DNA of 64,000 bases from Epiperipatus broadwayi (lineage: Eukaryota; Animalia; Onychophora), in contig JAQFVV010000004.1 of assembly GCA_028023455.1 (NCBI GenBank), positions 17,360,001 to 17,424,000 on the forward strand, in the 5' to 3' direction. Position numbers and translations under genes: made by a program. The notes under the pieces are model-generated. The model was not told where the DNA came from. It searched no databases and worked only from the letters and a program-made list of their open reading frames with translations. Of this stretch, positions 1 through 12,696 are shown piece after piece; positions within the stretch are counted from its first letter, which is position 1; every line of letters begins with the position of its first letter.

Positions 1-2173
1 AAGAACAAATCATGCATGGCTAAGAAGTGATAAAACATCGTGGGGATGGAGCTGTTCATGATATAACCAAGAGTTTCAGATATGATTATCATTTCAAATT
101 AACATCATGATGCCCATGATAATAAAAGATCCACAGTGCATTACAATCAAGCAAAGAAATGATCTCAGTACAGGAAAGATAGGTGGTGACCAACGATTAT
201 CCGATGGACTATCATTCAGTTCATGCAAAGGAACTTTCTTAAGAGCAAAGATACTGTGACATCTCACAATCTTAATTACAAGACTTTGAACTATGGCTTG
301 ACTACAATGGATTAACATCCCAAATTATATTTATATACTTTATTTTTATTTTGCTTGTTAAATTGGTTTCTTTTTTTAAAACAGAGAGTCAATCCATCCA
401 ACCTCCAATTATTCTAGAGGGAGGGAAGCCATCATTTCTATTTTTTTTTACTTTTCATTTAATAATAAAATTTAGGGGCAGACTCCCAACTTGCTTGCTA
501 ATTGGTACATTAGTCTACTGACTTCAAAGGTGAGTCTTTACTCTTATTCAATATTAAACACTCACACTTTGACAGTTACAATATTTTTTATTTTCAATGT
601 TTGTGTTCAATTAACTTAATTATTAATTATTTGTTATTTGGGAATGACTAAACTCTTGGATGATGAGTCTGTCCTATCATAGATTTATATAATATCGGAA
701 TAGGAGGGGGGTTCAGAATATAAGAACAATCTTCAAGAAGTTGTCAAATATAGATAGATGGATCGGAAATTAATGAGCAACTGATATTAAAAATTTTAGT
801 TAGGAGAGTTAATTGTTAAAATATAGGTCTCTTTTGGTTTATATTGTATTCAATGTAAAGTTGAAATGATTAAATTAGAATGGTGAATGACCATCCTTTG
901 TAGGGATCAAAGCTGAGTAAATAGTTAATAAACACAAATGAAGGATAATCATTAATAGTTATAGGGGATATTAATCAGAACATGTTATTTTTGTTATCCA
1001 ACAATCGTGAATGAAAACCATCATCAAAATTAATTTGTTAAATATTAAATTAAATTAGTTGTCTGGCATTTGATTTTCCAATTAATCACACTATACACAT
1101 AGCCATCATGCACATCAGATACAGAATAATTATACTTTGAAATAGATTACATGTACATTCTCTTTGAGTTTGAACCCTGTGGCATAATGAGGATCAAGAA
1201 GAGGTAAAGTAAGGAAAGTTGTGCAAGTATTAGTCATATCCCACTCAATCATTAATCATCATTGGACCACTTGGTAAAACATAGATAAGTCAAATAATTG
1301 ACTTGCCTTATTATGTGCAATGCCTACCTGGAAGACCACGTGGGCAAACATAGTTAGATACATCTCACAAGAAAAAATAATTCCACCATTAGATATATGC
1401 TGCTCCAAACTGTAAGGCTCTCAAATAAGAGCATGGCAGTATAGATTTAATCCTGTCACATATGGCATAACCAATCTCGGGAGCATAAATCATATCTCCA
1501 ATCTATTAAACTTGACCGTTCCATTTCAATATATATATACACATACATTAGACTGTTTTCAACCTATATTACATCATGTCATTAATTATTATTATTACAT
1601 AAGCCAAATGATAGATATAGTATAGAAACATCAATATATATAAATATAAAGAATAGGAATATTACTAATTGGGACTCTAATATAAATAACAAATATAAAG
1701 TTAATACTTTAAGTTCTAGAGTCCAAAGGGCTATAAATTATTGTTCAAATAGGAATGATTATAAAAGACAAATAAAGCTACTAAAGGAGGTGCTTTTAAA
1801 TAATGATTACCCAATTGTCTTTTGATTATTTAAGATTGGACAGTTTAGATTATAAAACAATCATTTCAAGATGAAAATATATTACAAAATCAAATATATA
1901 TATAATATTGAACCTATTATACAATTTGATTTGAATGAGAATTAAAATCAGGCTTTTAAAAGCATGAGATAAAAATACAATGCACATAATAAAAGGAAAA
2001 TCATAAAAGCTATCCTTATGAGTAATGTTAAACCCATATTAAATAAAGATTTTGGAACTCTCTTGATTTAATTAGGATTGGAATGATAATTTCAAATAAT
2101 AAATTTAGAAGAGATGAAAATTAATTATATAAAAAGTCAAAAGAGGGAGTTATTATATAGCATTAAAAGAAGT

Positions 2174-2903
2174 GATGAGGTATATCACTTGAAATGTTTA
2201 AATAAGAATAGGAATGATGTAACAGGTTTATAGTTATGTAGACAGTGTGTAAATGTCATAAAAGAGGTGAAAAGTGGTTTCTAAGTGTAGATAGTTTAAA
2301 GAGAAAGTAAGGAAAAATGGAGCAAAATATAATTGAGGATGATAGGATAGAGAATGGTTGTAGTGGAGTGACAGGAGATATGGTTGAAAAAATTAGTAGT
2401 GAAATAGAGATGGTTAGTCAAAAAATAAATAAGATAAAGGAAGAGGTAAAGGATTTGGAAGCAAAATTAAAATTGTTAGTGATGAAGTGTGAGCAGTTGA
2501 AGAAATTATTGAATAATAATGATAAGGAAGTCCGGAAAGTGATAGAGAATGTTATAGATAAAGCAGAGAAAATAGACTATGAGACAGTATTGATAGGAGA
2601 TTCATTAATTAGAAAATGTAGAGATATAATTGCAAGGTAAAATAGAAACAGGTACATAGGAATATGTTTCCCTGGAGCTAGAATTAGAAGCAAGTGAGTA
2701 GAGATGTATACATTATGCTAGGGACTAATAATTTGTCAGAACCATTAGGAGAGAGAGTAATGGATGAGTACATAGAATTGATTAGGAATTTGAGTAATAT
2801 TAAAGTAAGAGTAGAAATAGTTGGATTATTATCAAGATTTGACAAGAGGTATATGTTAGATAGGGCATGTTCTAGAAATGAGAGATTGAAAAAAATTGTG
2901 TGA
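2174..2903 (+). pseudogene. LINE ORF1 remnant: PHD finger, coiled coil and SGNH/GDSL esterase domain (disrupted)
   Basis: ORF 2317-2640 is heptad-rich and ends with TVLIGDSLIR (SGNH block I). ORF 2694-2903 contains IMLGTNN (block III). An upstream frame holds the C-terminal half of a PHD finger. Confidence 0.75.
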
Positions 2904-3239
2904 GAGAAATGATGTCATGTTTGTGGATGTGTGGGATGTTTTATTGGAAAGAGAGAATTCTGTTACAAAACCAAGGAAGTGAAGTTTTAGGGAGTTTGAT
3001 TTATATAAAGGATATAGTTCAGGAAACTTATAAAGGGGGATGGACTTTTAAGTGGCAGTGTTATCAGAAAAAAGAGGAATGGACAGAATGTAAGAAATAA
3101 TCAAAGAGTAGCTAATTTAGATATAATGTAGATGTCAAGAGGGAATGGGTCTGTAACATTAATGGTAAGCAAATTATTTATAAATATAATGGAGAAGAAA
3201 GAGTCAAAAGAATTTATAAAAGAGTAGTTAGGAATTTTT

Positions 3240-6200
3240 TTTTATTAAAATTGGGTATTTGAATATGTAAGGTGGTAGGAGACCAGAAAAATGGCTGGAA
3301 TTAAAGCAATTAAAAATGAAGAGCTTGAGGTATTAGTAGTAGTGGAAACACATCTAAGAGAAGAAGAACATATTTTGAAAGACTTGGTATGGCAGAGTAT
3401 AAATGGAAAAGAAAAAGAAAAAATATTTAAATACTGTTAAATGTCAAGAACTCTTGTAGTTTGAGATAAGATTAGGAAGACAAGAATGGATGGTGGTTAT
3501 AGTGTATATAGCCACTGGAGATAGTCAAACTATAATGAAGTGGAACATTAGCATATATGAATGCTTAGGTAAGGATATACAGGAGAATAATGGTCATAGG
3601 GGATATGAATAAGCATATTGAAGAAAGTGATGATGTAGGTAATAAGAATGGACAGCTTTTATAAGAGTTTTTGTCAGAGAGTGAATTTGAGCATTGCAAA
3701 TTTATCAAATATTTATAAGGGACAATACACATGGTCTAGAAATAATATATTCCAAACAATATATTATGTATGTATTGGAAGAGAAAGAGGGAATGAATAA
3801 AGTACAGAAAATTAAGGTGTTTGATAATGAAGAGAGAGTATGTAATAGTGATCATAACTTCTTTATAATATAAATAATTAGTAGTGTGATGGAAAATCAT
3901 AATAAAAGTAGAAAGGATAGTGAAAGATGAGGATGGAAAATAAATGATAATAAGTTAAAAGAGTATAAAATAAAAGTTGAAGAAACCATGGAAAAGTTGG
4001 TTGAGGATAAGTATAAGGACTGGTGTGGTGAAATAGAAAAAGTGGCAAATAGGGTTTTAGGTGAGAATATTCAGAAGAATAAAAGTAATAGAAAAGTGAG
4101 AGTTAGTAAAAGTGTAAAAGAGAGGAAAAAAGAATGCAGAGAATATAAGTATGCTTTTAAGACCAAAGAAAGTGAAAAAGATGTTAATGCTAAATGGGAA
4201 AAGTACTTAGAAAAAAAAGAATTTGGCTAAAATAGATAATTATAGAGAGAATGAAATTTAATAATAAATTGTTGGAGAATATTAATAAAAGTGGAAGAGA
4301 TGGGAGTAAAAAATTTTGGAAATACATTAAATGAAGAAATGTAGGAGAGAGAGAGATATAGTATTACTAAATGATGAGGGAATAGAGTGTAGAAGTAAAG
4401 AATTAGAGATAATCTTAAATAAGTTTGTAATGGATATAGAAAAGATGTTAGATGTGAAGGACAGAGTGATAGCAAACATGAAAGCATATAGTAATGGAAA
4501 TATTAGGTTTACATAAAATGAACTGAATGATGCAGGTAAGAAATTGAAGGTGGAAAGGCAAGAGATTTGGATGGATGGGCAGCAGAGATGATAATGAACT
4601 TAGGGCATAGGGCAAAATTAAAACTATTATCGTGTTTTAATAAGATGGCACAGAAGAGAGATTTTCCAAATAGTTGGAATAATACAAGAGTGAGGCTACT
4701 ATTGAAAGGAAAGTAAGGGTTATAGAAATTTAAACAATTATAGACTGATAGAAGTAATGTCAGTGTTATATAAAGTTTTTTCATATATGGTGGCTGGAAG
4801 GATTGCAAAATGGATGAAAGAAAATAATATAATGGGAGAAATGCAAGGAGGTTTTCGATCAGATAGGCATATGGGAGATATTTGTTTGTAGTTACACAAC
4901 TTATGGACATGAGTAGGAATACAAGTAGACAGTTATATATGTTTTTTTAGATAAAGAAAAGGCTTATGATAGAGTAAGTAGAAATAGATTATGGGTAAGT
5001 TTAGTAAATTTGGGAATGGATGGAGTTTTAGTGAATATTATTAAGAAATTATATGAAAAATAATTACTATATGTATCAATTAGGGAATATAAAATCAGTT
5101 AAAGTTAAAAATGAGGTGGGACTAAGGCAAGGATGACCTGTGTCACCTATTTTGATTTTGTTGAATTTGAAAGAAATGGAGAGAGCAATAGAAAGACAAG
5201 GAAGAGGGATAGAGATACCATTAATAGGCAGGTCTTTTATTTGTGGAAGATGTCTTTTTGTGTGCAGAAAGAAGGGAAGTTATGCTGAGGAGATGTGCAG
5301 AGGTGGGTGAGAGTTGGGGATTAAATTTAGTGAAGAAAAATCAAAAGTAATGATTAATAAGGAGGAAAGAGAAGACAAACAATTTTTATTGGGGGATAGA
5401 AAGTTAAGTGTGGTGAATAGATATAACTATCTGGGAATCATCTTAGGTAATCAGAGAAATTGCTTGGATGAATGGGAGATAAAATTGATAAATGAACAAA
5501 AAAGAAAGGAATTGATAAAGAAATTAACAGTGTTCTCATATAATAAATATGATATAGCTAGAATGGTATGGAAGGGAGTGACAGTAGCAAGGTTAACATA
5601 TGATAACAATGCATTATAGTAAAGGGGTATTATATTACTTAGAAAAAGTACAAAGAGAAGTATAAAGACATGCATTAGATACAGATGTGCGGATAGCAAA
5701 GGAGGCAATTCAAGGAGAAATGGGATGGTAAAGTTTTTATATGAGTGGTACAAAAAGCAAAATGAAAATAGTTGATAGATTGCAGTTTATGGATAATAAA
5801 AGAAATAGCCAAAATAGTATTTAATTGGGTTACGAATAAAGGGTAGGCAACAAAATCAGTGAGAAAGATAATGCGATATGCAGATTTGGATAAAGAATTT
5901 ATGTCAGTATACTCCTACAAAAGGTGGGATGTTTGTGTTAGGAGGATTGTTGAGTGTTATAATGGTAAGGAATGAGATAGAAGAATAGATGCATTAATAA
6001 AGAATAGGGAGTTGGAGAGATGGAAAGTGATATGGAGAGTAAAAAGAGTTTAAATATTTATAGAAGTAAAACGAATATTGGGTGCGAGTTAATTTATGAT
6101 AATAGCAAGGAAAGTAGTTTACTGTTTACAGCTCAAATGGGATCTTTATCAACAACGGGATATACACATAAATGGAAAATGTGGGTGATTTAGTCTGCAA

Positions 6201-6435
6201 GTTATGTGAGAAAGACATAGAAAATATTAGGCATCTGTTAATTAAATGTAAATGCCTGAAAGCAAAAAGGGTACAAATAATTAAGTTGTGGAAGAATAAA
6301 TATAAACAAAGTCATTATACAAAAAGTGGGTTATTGGTTTTTATGCTGGGTTTGGAAAAATATAAGAGGGATTTAGGTATAAAAGCTATGGAGTTGACAA
6401 AGATTATGTTGTGGAAATGGAATGGAGCAGGATAA
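3240..6435 (+). pseudogene. LINE ORF2 remnant (APE endonuclease, reverse transcriptase, C-terminal Cys/His motif)
   Basis: Motif order EN, RT, CCHC is readable across frames. It matches track ORFs 3988-4230, 5314-5619 and 6172-6435. Confidence 0.85.
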
Positions 6436-6878
6436 AGAAGAATATGGGAAAACTTAAGTTGGGGAATGGAAAGGGAAGTTAAAGTGTCTAACAGGTTTCT
6501 CTGGGCATAGTTTCTGAGAGATTCCTGATTCCATATAAGGAGAACTCACAGTGCATCACATCACAGCATCACATTACAAGCAAATTTAAATTCAAATTAG
6601 TGACAGTTGAAATGCTAAATAATAAGGAAAAGGTGGGCACTGGGATTAGTTTAGTAATAATATAATAAAATAAAAATAGTGCAGAATAATTTATAATGTT
6701 TAATAAGTTTAATGATAATAAAATTTCATATAGTAATATTTAGATTGATAATAAAAAATTAATAAAAAATAATATAAGACTTTAAGTTTGATAGTTTGAT
6801 TATATTTTATAGTTCTTATATGCATCATATTAATGGATATAATTAATAGATATTAAGGACTTACTGCTTTGATTTATG

Positions 6879-7127
<249 letters not shown>

Positions 7128-7189
7128 AATGATATAGATGTAGTATAAGTTGGGAATAGTTTAGTGTAAGTATACATATGCATATCTGA

Positions 7190-7395
7190 ACTTAGTTCAG
7201 TCCCATATGACTATTTAAGTTAGATAGCTAGATTTGAAAACATATGGATGTCTAAAATTTTCAGATTTTCTACTTGATAGTTAAACATTAGGTAAAGTGC
7301 TGGGCTTGACCTGGTATTTTAAATCTAATTGTTGGAATATCCTAGCACCTCACTGATGACAGCCAGAGCTAGAAACTTGTCTGAGAATAGGAATA
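7190..7395 (+). mobile_element. Old copy of HHR-bearing family A element
   Basis: TTCAGTCCCATATGACTAT...TAGATTTGAAAA resembles 38996-39040 and is followed by an HHR motif. Confidence 0.6.
7349..7385 (+). ncRNA. Minimal type I hammerhead ribozyme motif
   Basis: CTCA-CTGATGA-c-AGC-CAGA-GCT-a-GAAAC-TT-GTC-TGAG. Helix I is CTCA/TGAG, both core boxes are intact, and the cleavage triplet is GUC. Confidence 0.75.
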
Positions 7396-10300
7396 TTCTG
7401 AAAAGCTTGTCAAATGCTATTGGCACACTCATTATATAACATAAGCATATATATATATGTGTGTGTGTGTATATTTGATATAGATATATTGAATGTGGCA
7501 TTTATTTATGTATTATATATAATGGAGATAATATAAACGAAGAATATATATTTGTAAAAAAATGAGTCATTGAGTATTTGTATATTTATGTATTCATATA
7601 TGTTTTGTTTCTTTGAGAAAGATTGCTGTCAGATGGATTAATTTTATTTTAATAAAATAAGCATTGAAGAATTAAAAAAAAGTGTATTTGTATGATTTTT
7701 TACAATTTTATCAATGCATAAAAAAAGATAAGCTGATAATATAATTTGTGAATAAATCATTAACAAAGTAAATAAGATTATTAAGAATTATTTTTCATGC
7801 ATAAATAATGAAAGGTTAAATTGTATATTTAGGAATTAAATAGCAATTATTTAAAAATAATTTAAAGATGATCCCAGTATAAATTGCAAATTATAAAAGA
7901 TATATTATTTTTTAAAAAAATTGACTAATAATAAGACAATCAATAAAATGATGCAGTGCTTGATTTAATCCAGTAGTAATAACATTTTATGATTTCCTTT
8001 ATTTAATAAAATGATGAAAATAATATTAGACAAATTAAAGGAAATGATTGATAAAGAGATAAGGCCAAAAAGCAAACTGTAAAAATAAACGAAGCAAGAT
8101 TGATTGAAAAAAGAATTTAGAAAAACAGATGATTGCAAAAAAGTAAAACAAAATAAAACAACAATAACAAAACTAATTCAAAACATAATAAAACATTTGT
8201 GTATGAAAAAAATATTTGTAGGAATAAAGCAAGTAATAAAGAAAAAAATGGGCAGTTAACAATAATAATAAATATATATATTGAAAAAATGAGAAGACTA
8301 TAGTGGGTTGCATAACAGAGATAATTCAGACATTTAGTGTTTTGCATTATTTTAGTTCAAGAATAAACTTAATGGTATTATGAATATAAGGTTAAACCAC
8401 ATTATTAAGTAGTTTCAATTATAACTTTTAGAATACTTTTTGAGCATAATTTGGTAAGTTTCCTATAATTTATTCAAAGCAATTGTCTTTAGGATTCTTC
8501 TGATTCTACTCCAGAGTCATCTACTGTAAGTTTGGGAAATCAATAAAAACTTGATACAGTGTTAGTTCATTTCCTTCCCAGAAACTAATCAGGGAATATC
8601 TGTGTAACCATGTATGTATCCATTGTTTGCTCAAGCTTCCACAAGATGGCCCTAGTGTAGAGTGAAGAGAGAATGGCTCATTAAAAACAGAAAAATGGAA
8701 ATAAACTTAAAAATTCTGCTATGATAAATGTATGCAATAGGGGTGTCATGAGTTTTTTTCTAATAATATTTAAATGGTGTATAGATAGCAGTTAGAGGTG
8801 CTAAAGGTAATGAAAACAAAACTGAGAAGATGAAAAAAGTCTAAAATTGAACAAAACTGAGAATATAAAAGGTTAACATTTTAAAAATATTTCCTTTTCA
8901 CTATATAGATACAGTTGCGCAACAGAGTTATATTAAATTTATTGAAAAAAATCTTATACACTCTGGCAGACTTAACTAAATTTATTTTAATTTTTTTCCT
9001 AAACAGAATAGAGTCTATGATTTAATTTTAAATGAGTTTTGTGTGAGTTTTAATGATTGTTCCTTTTAAAATAACCAAAGGCATTAAGGTAGAAATAACC
9101 CTCCATGACCTTAGTCTTCATCATTTGAGAATAATCACCTTGTTAATCTTCTTTGTTAATCAGGAATTATCATCATCATTTTCATCATTATTGATTCTCT
9201 GAGGAAAAAGATATCTCCAAGTTGAATTCGGTTTCTTTGATCCATAGTCTCTCATTTCCATATCACACCAACAACTTTCTTATTTTATCTTATATTCAAT
9301 CTCTTTCTATGTCTTTTACATTCTTTTGGAACCTAGTTTATGACTTTACTGACTATTTAATATCATCTCTTCTATCAATATTTCCAGCTCACCTTTATTT
9401 GAGTCTTTTAATTCTTTTGATAATAACTATTTGTTTTCTCACCTAATATTTCACTTTTGGTAACTTCTTATGACTCCCAACATATATCTCTCCACACTTT
9501 ATTAAAATGTATTAAGTCTCAACGTTGTTGTTCTGTTAAATATCCAAATCTTAAATCCTAAGTAAACCTGTTAAAATGTATATATTAAAAACTATCCTTT
9601 TCATTTTCAAACACATAGGTATATTTCCTTTTACCATTAAGTTTCTTCTACCAAAAGCACTCTATCTGAGTTAATAATTAATTTATTATATTAATATGGC
9701 CAAGGTATTTGTAATTATTAATTTTTTTAAATCCATGATTATCAATCTTTATTTTCTTTTGAAAAAATTAATTGAAAATTACTTTAGTGTTTTTAGCATT
9801 TATTTTTTAATTCTGTTTTTTTACTTTCATTTGATAACTCTTGCAATATTTCCTAAAGCTTTGAAGCATTTTTTGCAAAAGCAACATCATCTGTAAGATC
9901 TAGATGACTAAAATGATTTCCACATATTCCTATTCTTTTAGCTTATCATTTTAATTTTTAAAAAGTGTGAAACTGCTATAAGAAGTTTTGTAAATGTGGA
10001 ATCACCCTGATTTACACTCTTACTAATGACAATTTTCTTAGTGTCACTACATAATCTAATTATCGATATTACATTTTGATAAATATTCTTTAGAATAAGA
10101 CAATATCTTGGATCTATACCTTAATAGTTCAAACCTTTAATGAATGAGAAAATGCTTCTAAAATGAAATATCTTTTCATAATCTACAAATCCAAAGCACA
10201 GTGACAATTCATATTTATTGATTCTTTCTACAACTTCTCTCAATACTTGGATGTGATCCAATAAGCTAAAAACACTCATAAATCAAGATTGTTCTTTTGG

Positions 10301-11111
10301 TTGGTTGAATCCAAATTTGTTGTAAATAAGTTATAATTTTTTTGGTAAAGATTTTGTATGGAACTGACAGAAAACTGTCTATATTTTCTAATATATTCTT
10401 TATCACTTTTTTTAAATATCATTATTTACTGTAATAAAAAGTTTATTTATACAAATATAATATAAAGAAAGGAATAAACTTTTATTCATGCTCCTTTTCA
10501 AGAATTTACATGTACTCATCCATAAACATCAGTTTAAAAAGTATAATAGGTTAAAGCCCTGATCAGTACGGTGAGAAAAAGTTGGCTTATATAATGATAA
10601 CTTCTAAGCATAAGTGGTCCATTTATGATTTTTAAACTGATGCTTATGTATGAGTGCATGTAAATTCTGAAAAAAGGCATGACCAAAGGTTTATTCCCTT
10701 TTATATATTAAATATCATTATTATTAATGCTCTCATGACTTTATTATTTAGACATTTGATAAACAGTTTTGCAAGCAATTTTTCTATTTCTTCAACTGTT
10801 TCTTTTAAGATATTATCAATAATAATTCCATCATTTTCTGGAACTTTGCTGTTTTTCATATATTTAATTGCATATCTCATCTCTTCAATTGAAATATTTG
10901 GAAATTTAGAGGATATAGTAATTGTAATATGGTTACCTTGTTTTTGTTCTTTATTATTATATAATTTCTTGTAAAATTCTTCCACAAATTTCATGATATC
11001 ATCCTTATTTTTAGTAGTAATTTCATATTTTTCTTCTAATACCAAGTTTTTATTTTATACTTTTGAAACTTTATAGCATTCCTTTCCAATTCATAATTAC
11101 ATTTTATATCA

Positions 11112-11308
11112 CTAAACATCACATGATCACTATCATGTGCTCTCAGATCCAAGGCTCCTCACTGATGAAAGCCACAAGCTGGAAACTAGTCTGGGGATAT
11201 TGGATGAGTAGGCTCTAGATAGGGATTTTATGCACAAAATCTTCCTGCATCCATTGATTAATCTGGCTTGCACTGAGTGGCACTACTGTATGGAGAGTTT
11301 TGCCCATT
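11112..11308 (+). mobile_element. Family A HHR element, 5'-truncated with inverted head, 15-bp TSD
   Basis: TSD TTACATTTTATATCA at 11097-11111 and 11309-11323. The inverted head CATCACATGATCACTATC is followed by sequence matching 39138-39290. Confidence 0.9.
11156..11197 (+). ncRNA. Minimal type I hammerhead ribozyme motif
   Basis: TCCTCA-CTGATGA-a-AGC-CACAA-GCT-g-GAAAC-TA-GTC-TGGGGA. Helix I has 6 bp (one G-U) and helix III is the palindrome ACTAGT. Predicted cleavage after 11191. Confidence 0.85.
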
Positions 11309-12417
11309 TTACATTTTATATCATTATTAATACCTTTTAATACCATTTTGCAGACCTCCAGATATCCAATTCTTCTTAAGGGATTATTTTGAAATATTTT
11401 CATGTTCCATCCTTTCTTCATACATTATTATGTCTCAATTGAAAATTTATTATTATTTTTTTGCACCAGCTATCTTTTTTGCAGTTTCATAGTAGAGTAT
11501 CAATTATCTTCTTATTGATTTCATTTAAATTTGAATCATCTTCAAACATCTGTTAAAATTTCAGCAAATTCTAATTTATATTCATTGATGCAATTCTAAA
11601 GATTAGGAATATCAGTTATTAAAATGTCTTTTTAAATAGTTTCATCTTTCTAGTTTTTCACTAACATGTATATTGCATGTCTCTAATTGCTGATAAAAAT
11701 TTCCTGTGTTGAATTAATTATGAAATATATATATATTCTCTTCATCAAAATATAATCCAATTACATTGTATTTTCATTTAGATGCTTGAATATCTAATTC
11801 AATTTAGCATTTTTCTAAAAAAAAAAAAAAAAATCACCTTAATTTTTTGTTTTTTACTGTAAATTCCACAAGTCTGTGTCCTCTCTCATTTCTGTCACCA
11901 TAATCATTTTTAATTCTAGTATTAAAGTCTCCCATTATAATTTTAAAGTATTGTTTGGTGTGATTAAGATCATTTTGTACATCTATATAAAAATCCTCTA
12001 CTTCTCCATCATGAGAAGATATTGAGACATAAACTTAAATTATCTGCATTTAATATCTTCAGATATCATAAATAATTATTCTTACCACAACTAATGTATC
12101 ATCAATCTCCACAATAATGTTTTTCCACTTTTTATTTATAATAAATCCCCTGCCACTTGTGCTTCCAATATTTGTGCCTTTGTAATAAAGTAAGTGTGCA
12201 CTTTTCAAATCAATCATCTCTTCACATTTTTTTCTAATTTTTCAGAGTTATACAATGACCCATTTAATATTAGATAATTCTTCTTCCAATTCATGTGTTC
12301 TTTACTTGAAAGTGATTTGCAATTGTAATCTGTATCCTCAAGAAGAAATCCATAGCTTTCTTACCTTTTCCCAACAACCATTGTTGACCTTACAATATCT
12401 TGGGAATAAAGGCCATA

Positions 12418-12469
<52 letters not shown>

Positions 12470-12529
12470 GTCTGTCTGTCTGTCTGTCCGTCCGTCCGTC
12501 CGTCCGTCCATCCATCCATCCATCCATCC

Positions 12530-12597
<68 letters not shown>

Positions 12598-12696
12598 GTC
12601 TGTCTGTCTGTCTACCTACCTACCTATCTACCTATTTACCTACCTACCTACCTACCTATTTACCTACCTATCTACCACCTACCTGTCTGTCTGTCT
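12418..12696. repeat. Compound tetranucleotide microsatellite (TCTA/TCTG/TCCG/TCCA/CCTA)
   Basis: Read directly. Confidence 0.99.

Larger units (their letters stand above)
2100..6578 (+). mobile_element. Near full-length, decayed RTEX-like non-LTR retrotransposon (LINE)
   Basis: ORF1 remnants include PHD-like VYHLKC...(W>stop)LCRQC at ~2180-2250, a coiled coil, and esterase motifs LIGDSLIR and GTNN. ORF2 remnants include APE endonuclease motifs (VVETHLR, GDMN at ~3600, SDHN at ~3847), RT motifs (EMQGGFRSDR, FLDKEKAYDRV, GLRQG*PVSP, YNYLGI) and a C-terminal CKLC...HLLIKC. The element ends in a (CATCA)n-like tail at 6554-6578. Many stops and frameshifts. The 5' boundary is approximate. Confidence 0.85.
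9170..12290 (-). mobile_element. Decayed RTE-clade LINE (ORF with EN and RT), interrupted by a family A insertion
   Basis: Minus strand has IMGDFNTRI...GDRNERG (EN, ~11880-11945). ORF 10701-11045 (EEMRYAIKYMK...DGIII) is homologous to 53931-54455. FVDYEK-like and RT segments match 53200-54300. An (ATC)n tail lies at ~9170-9195. Confidence 0.8.
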
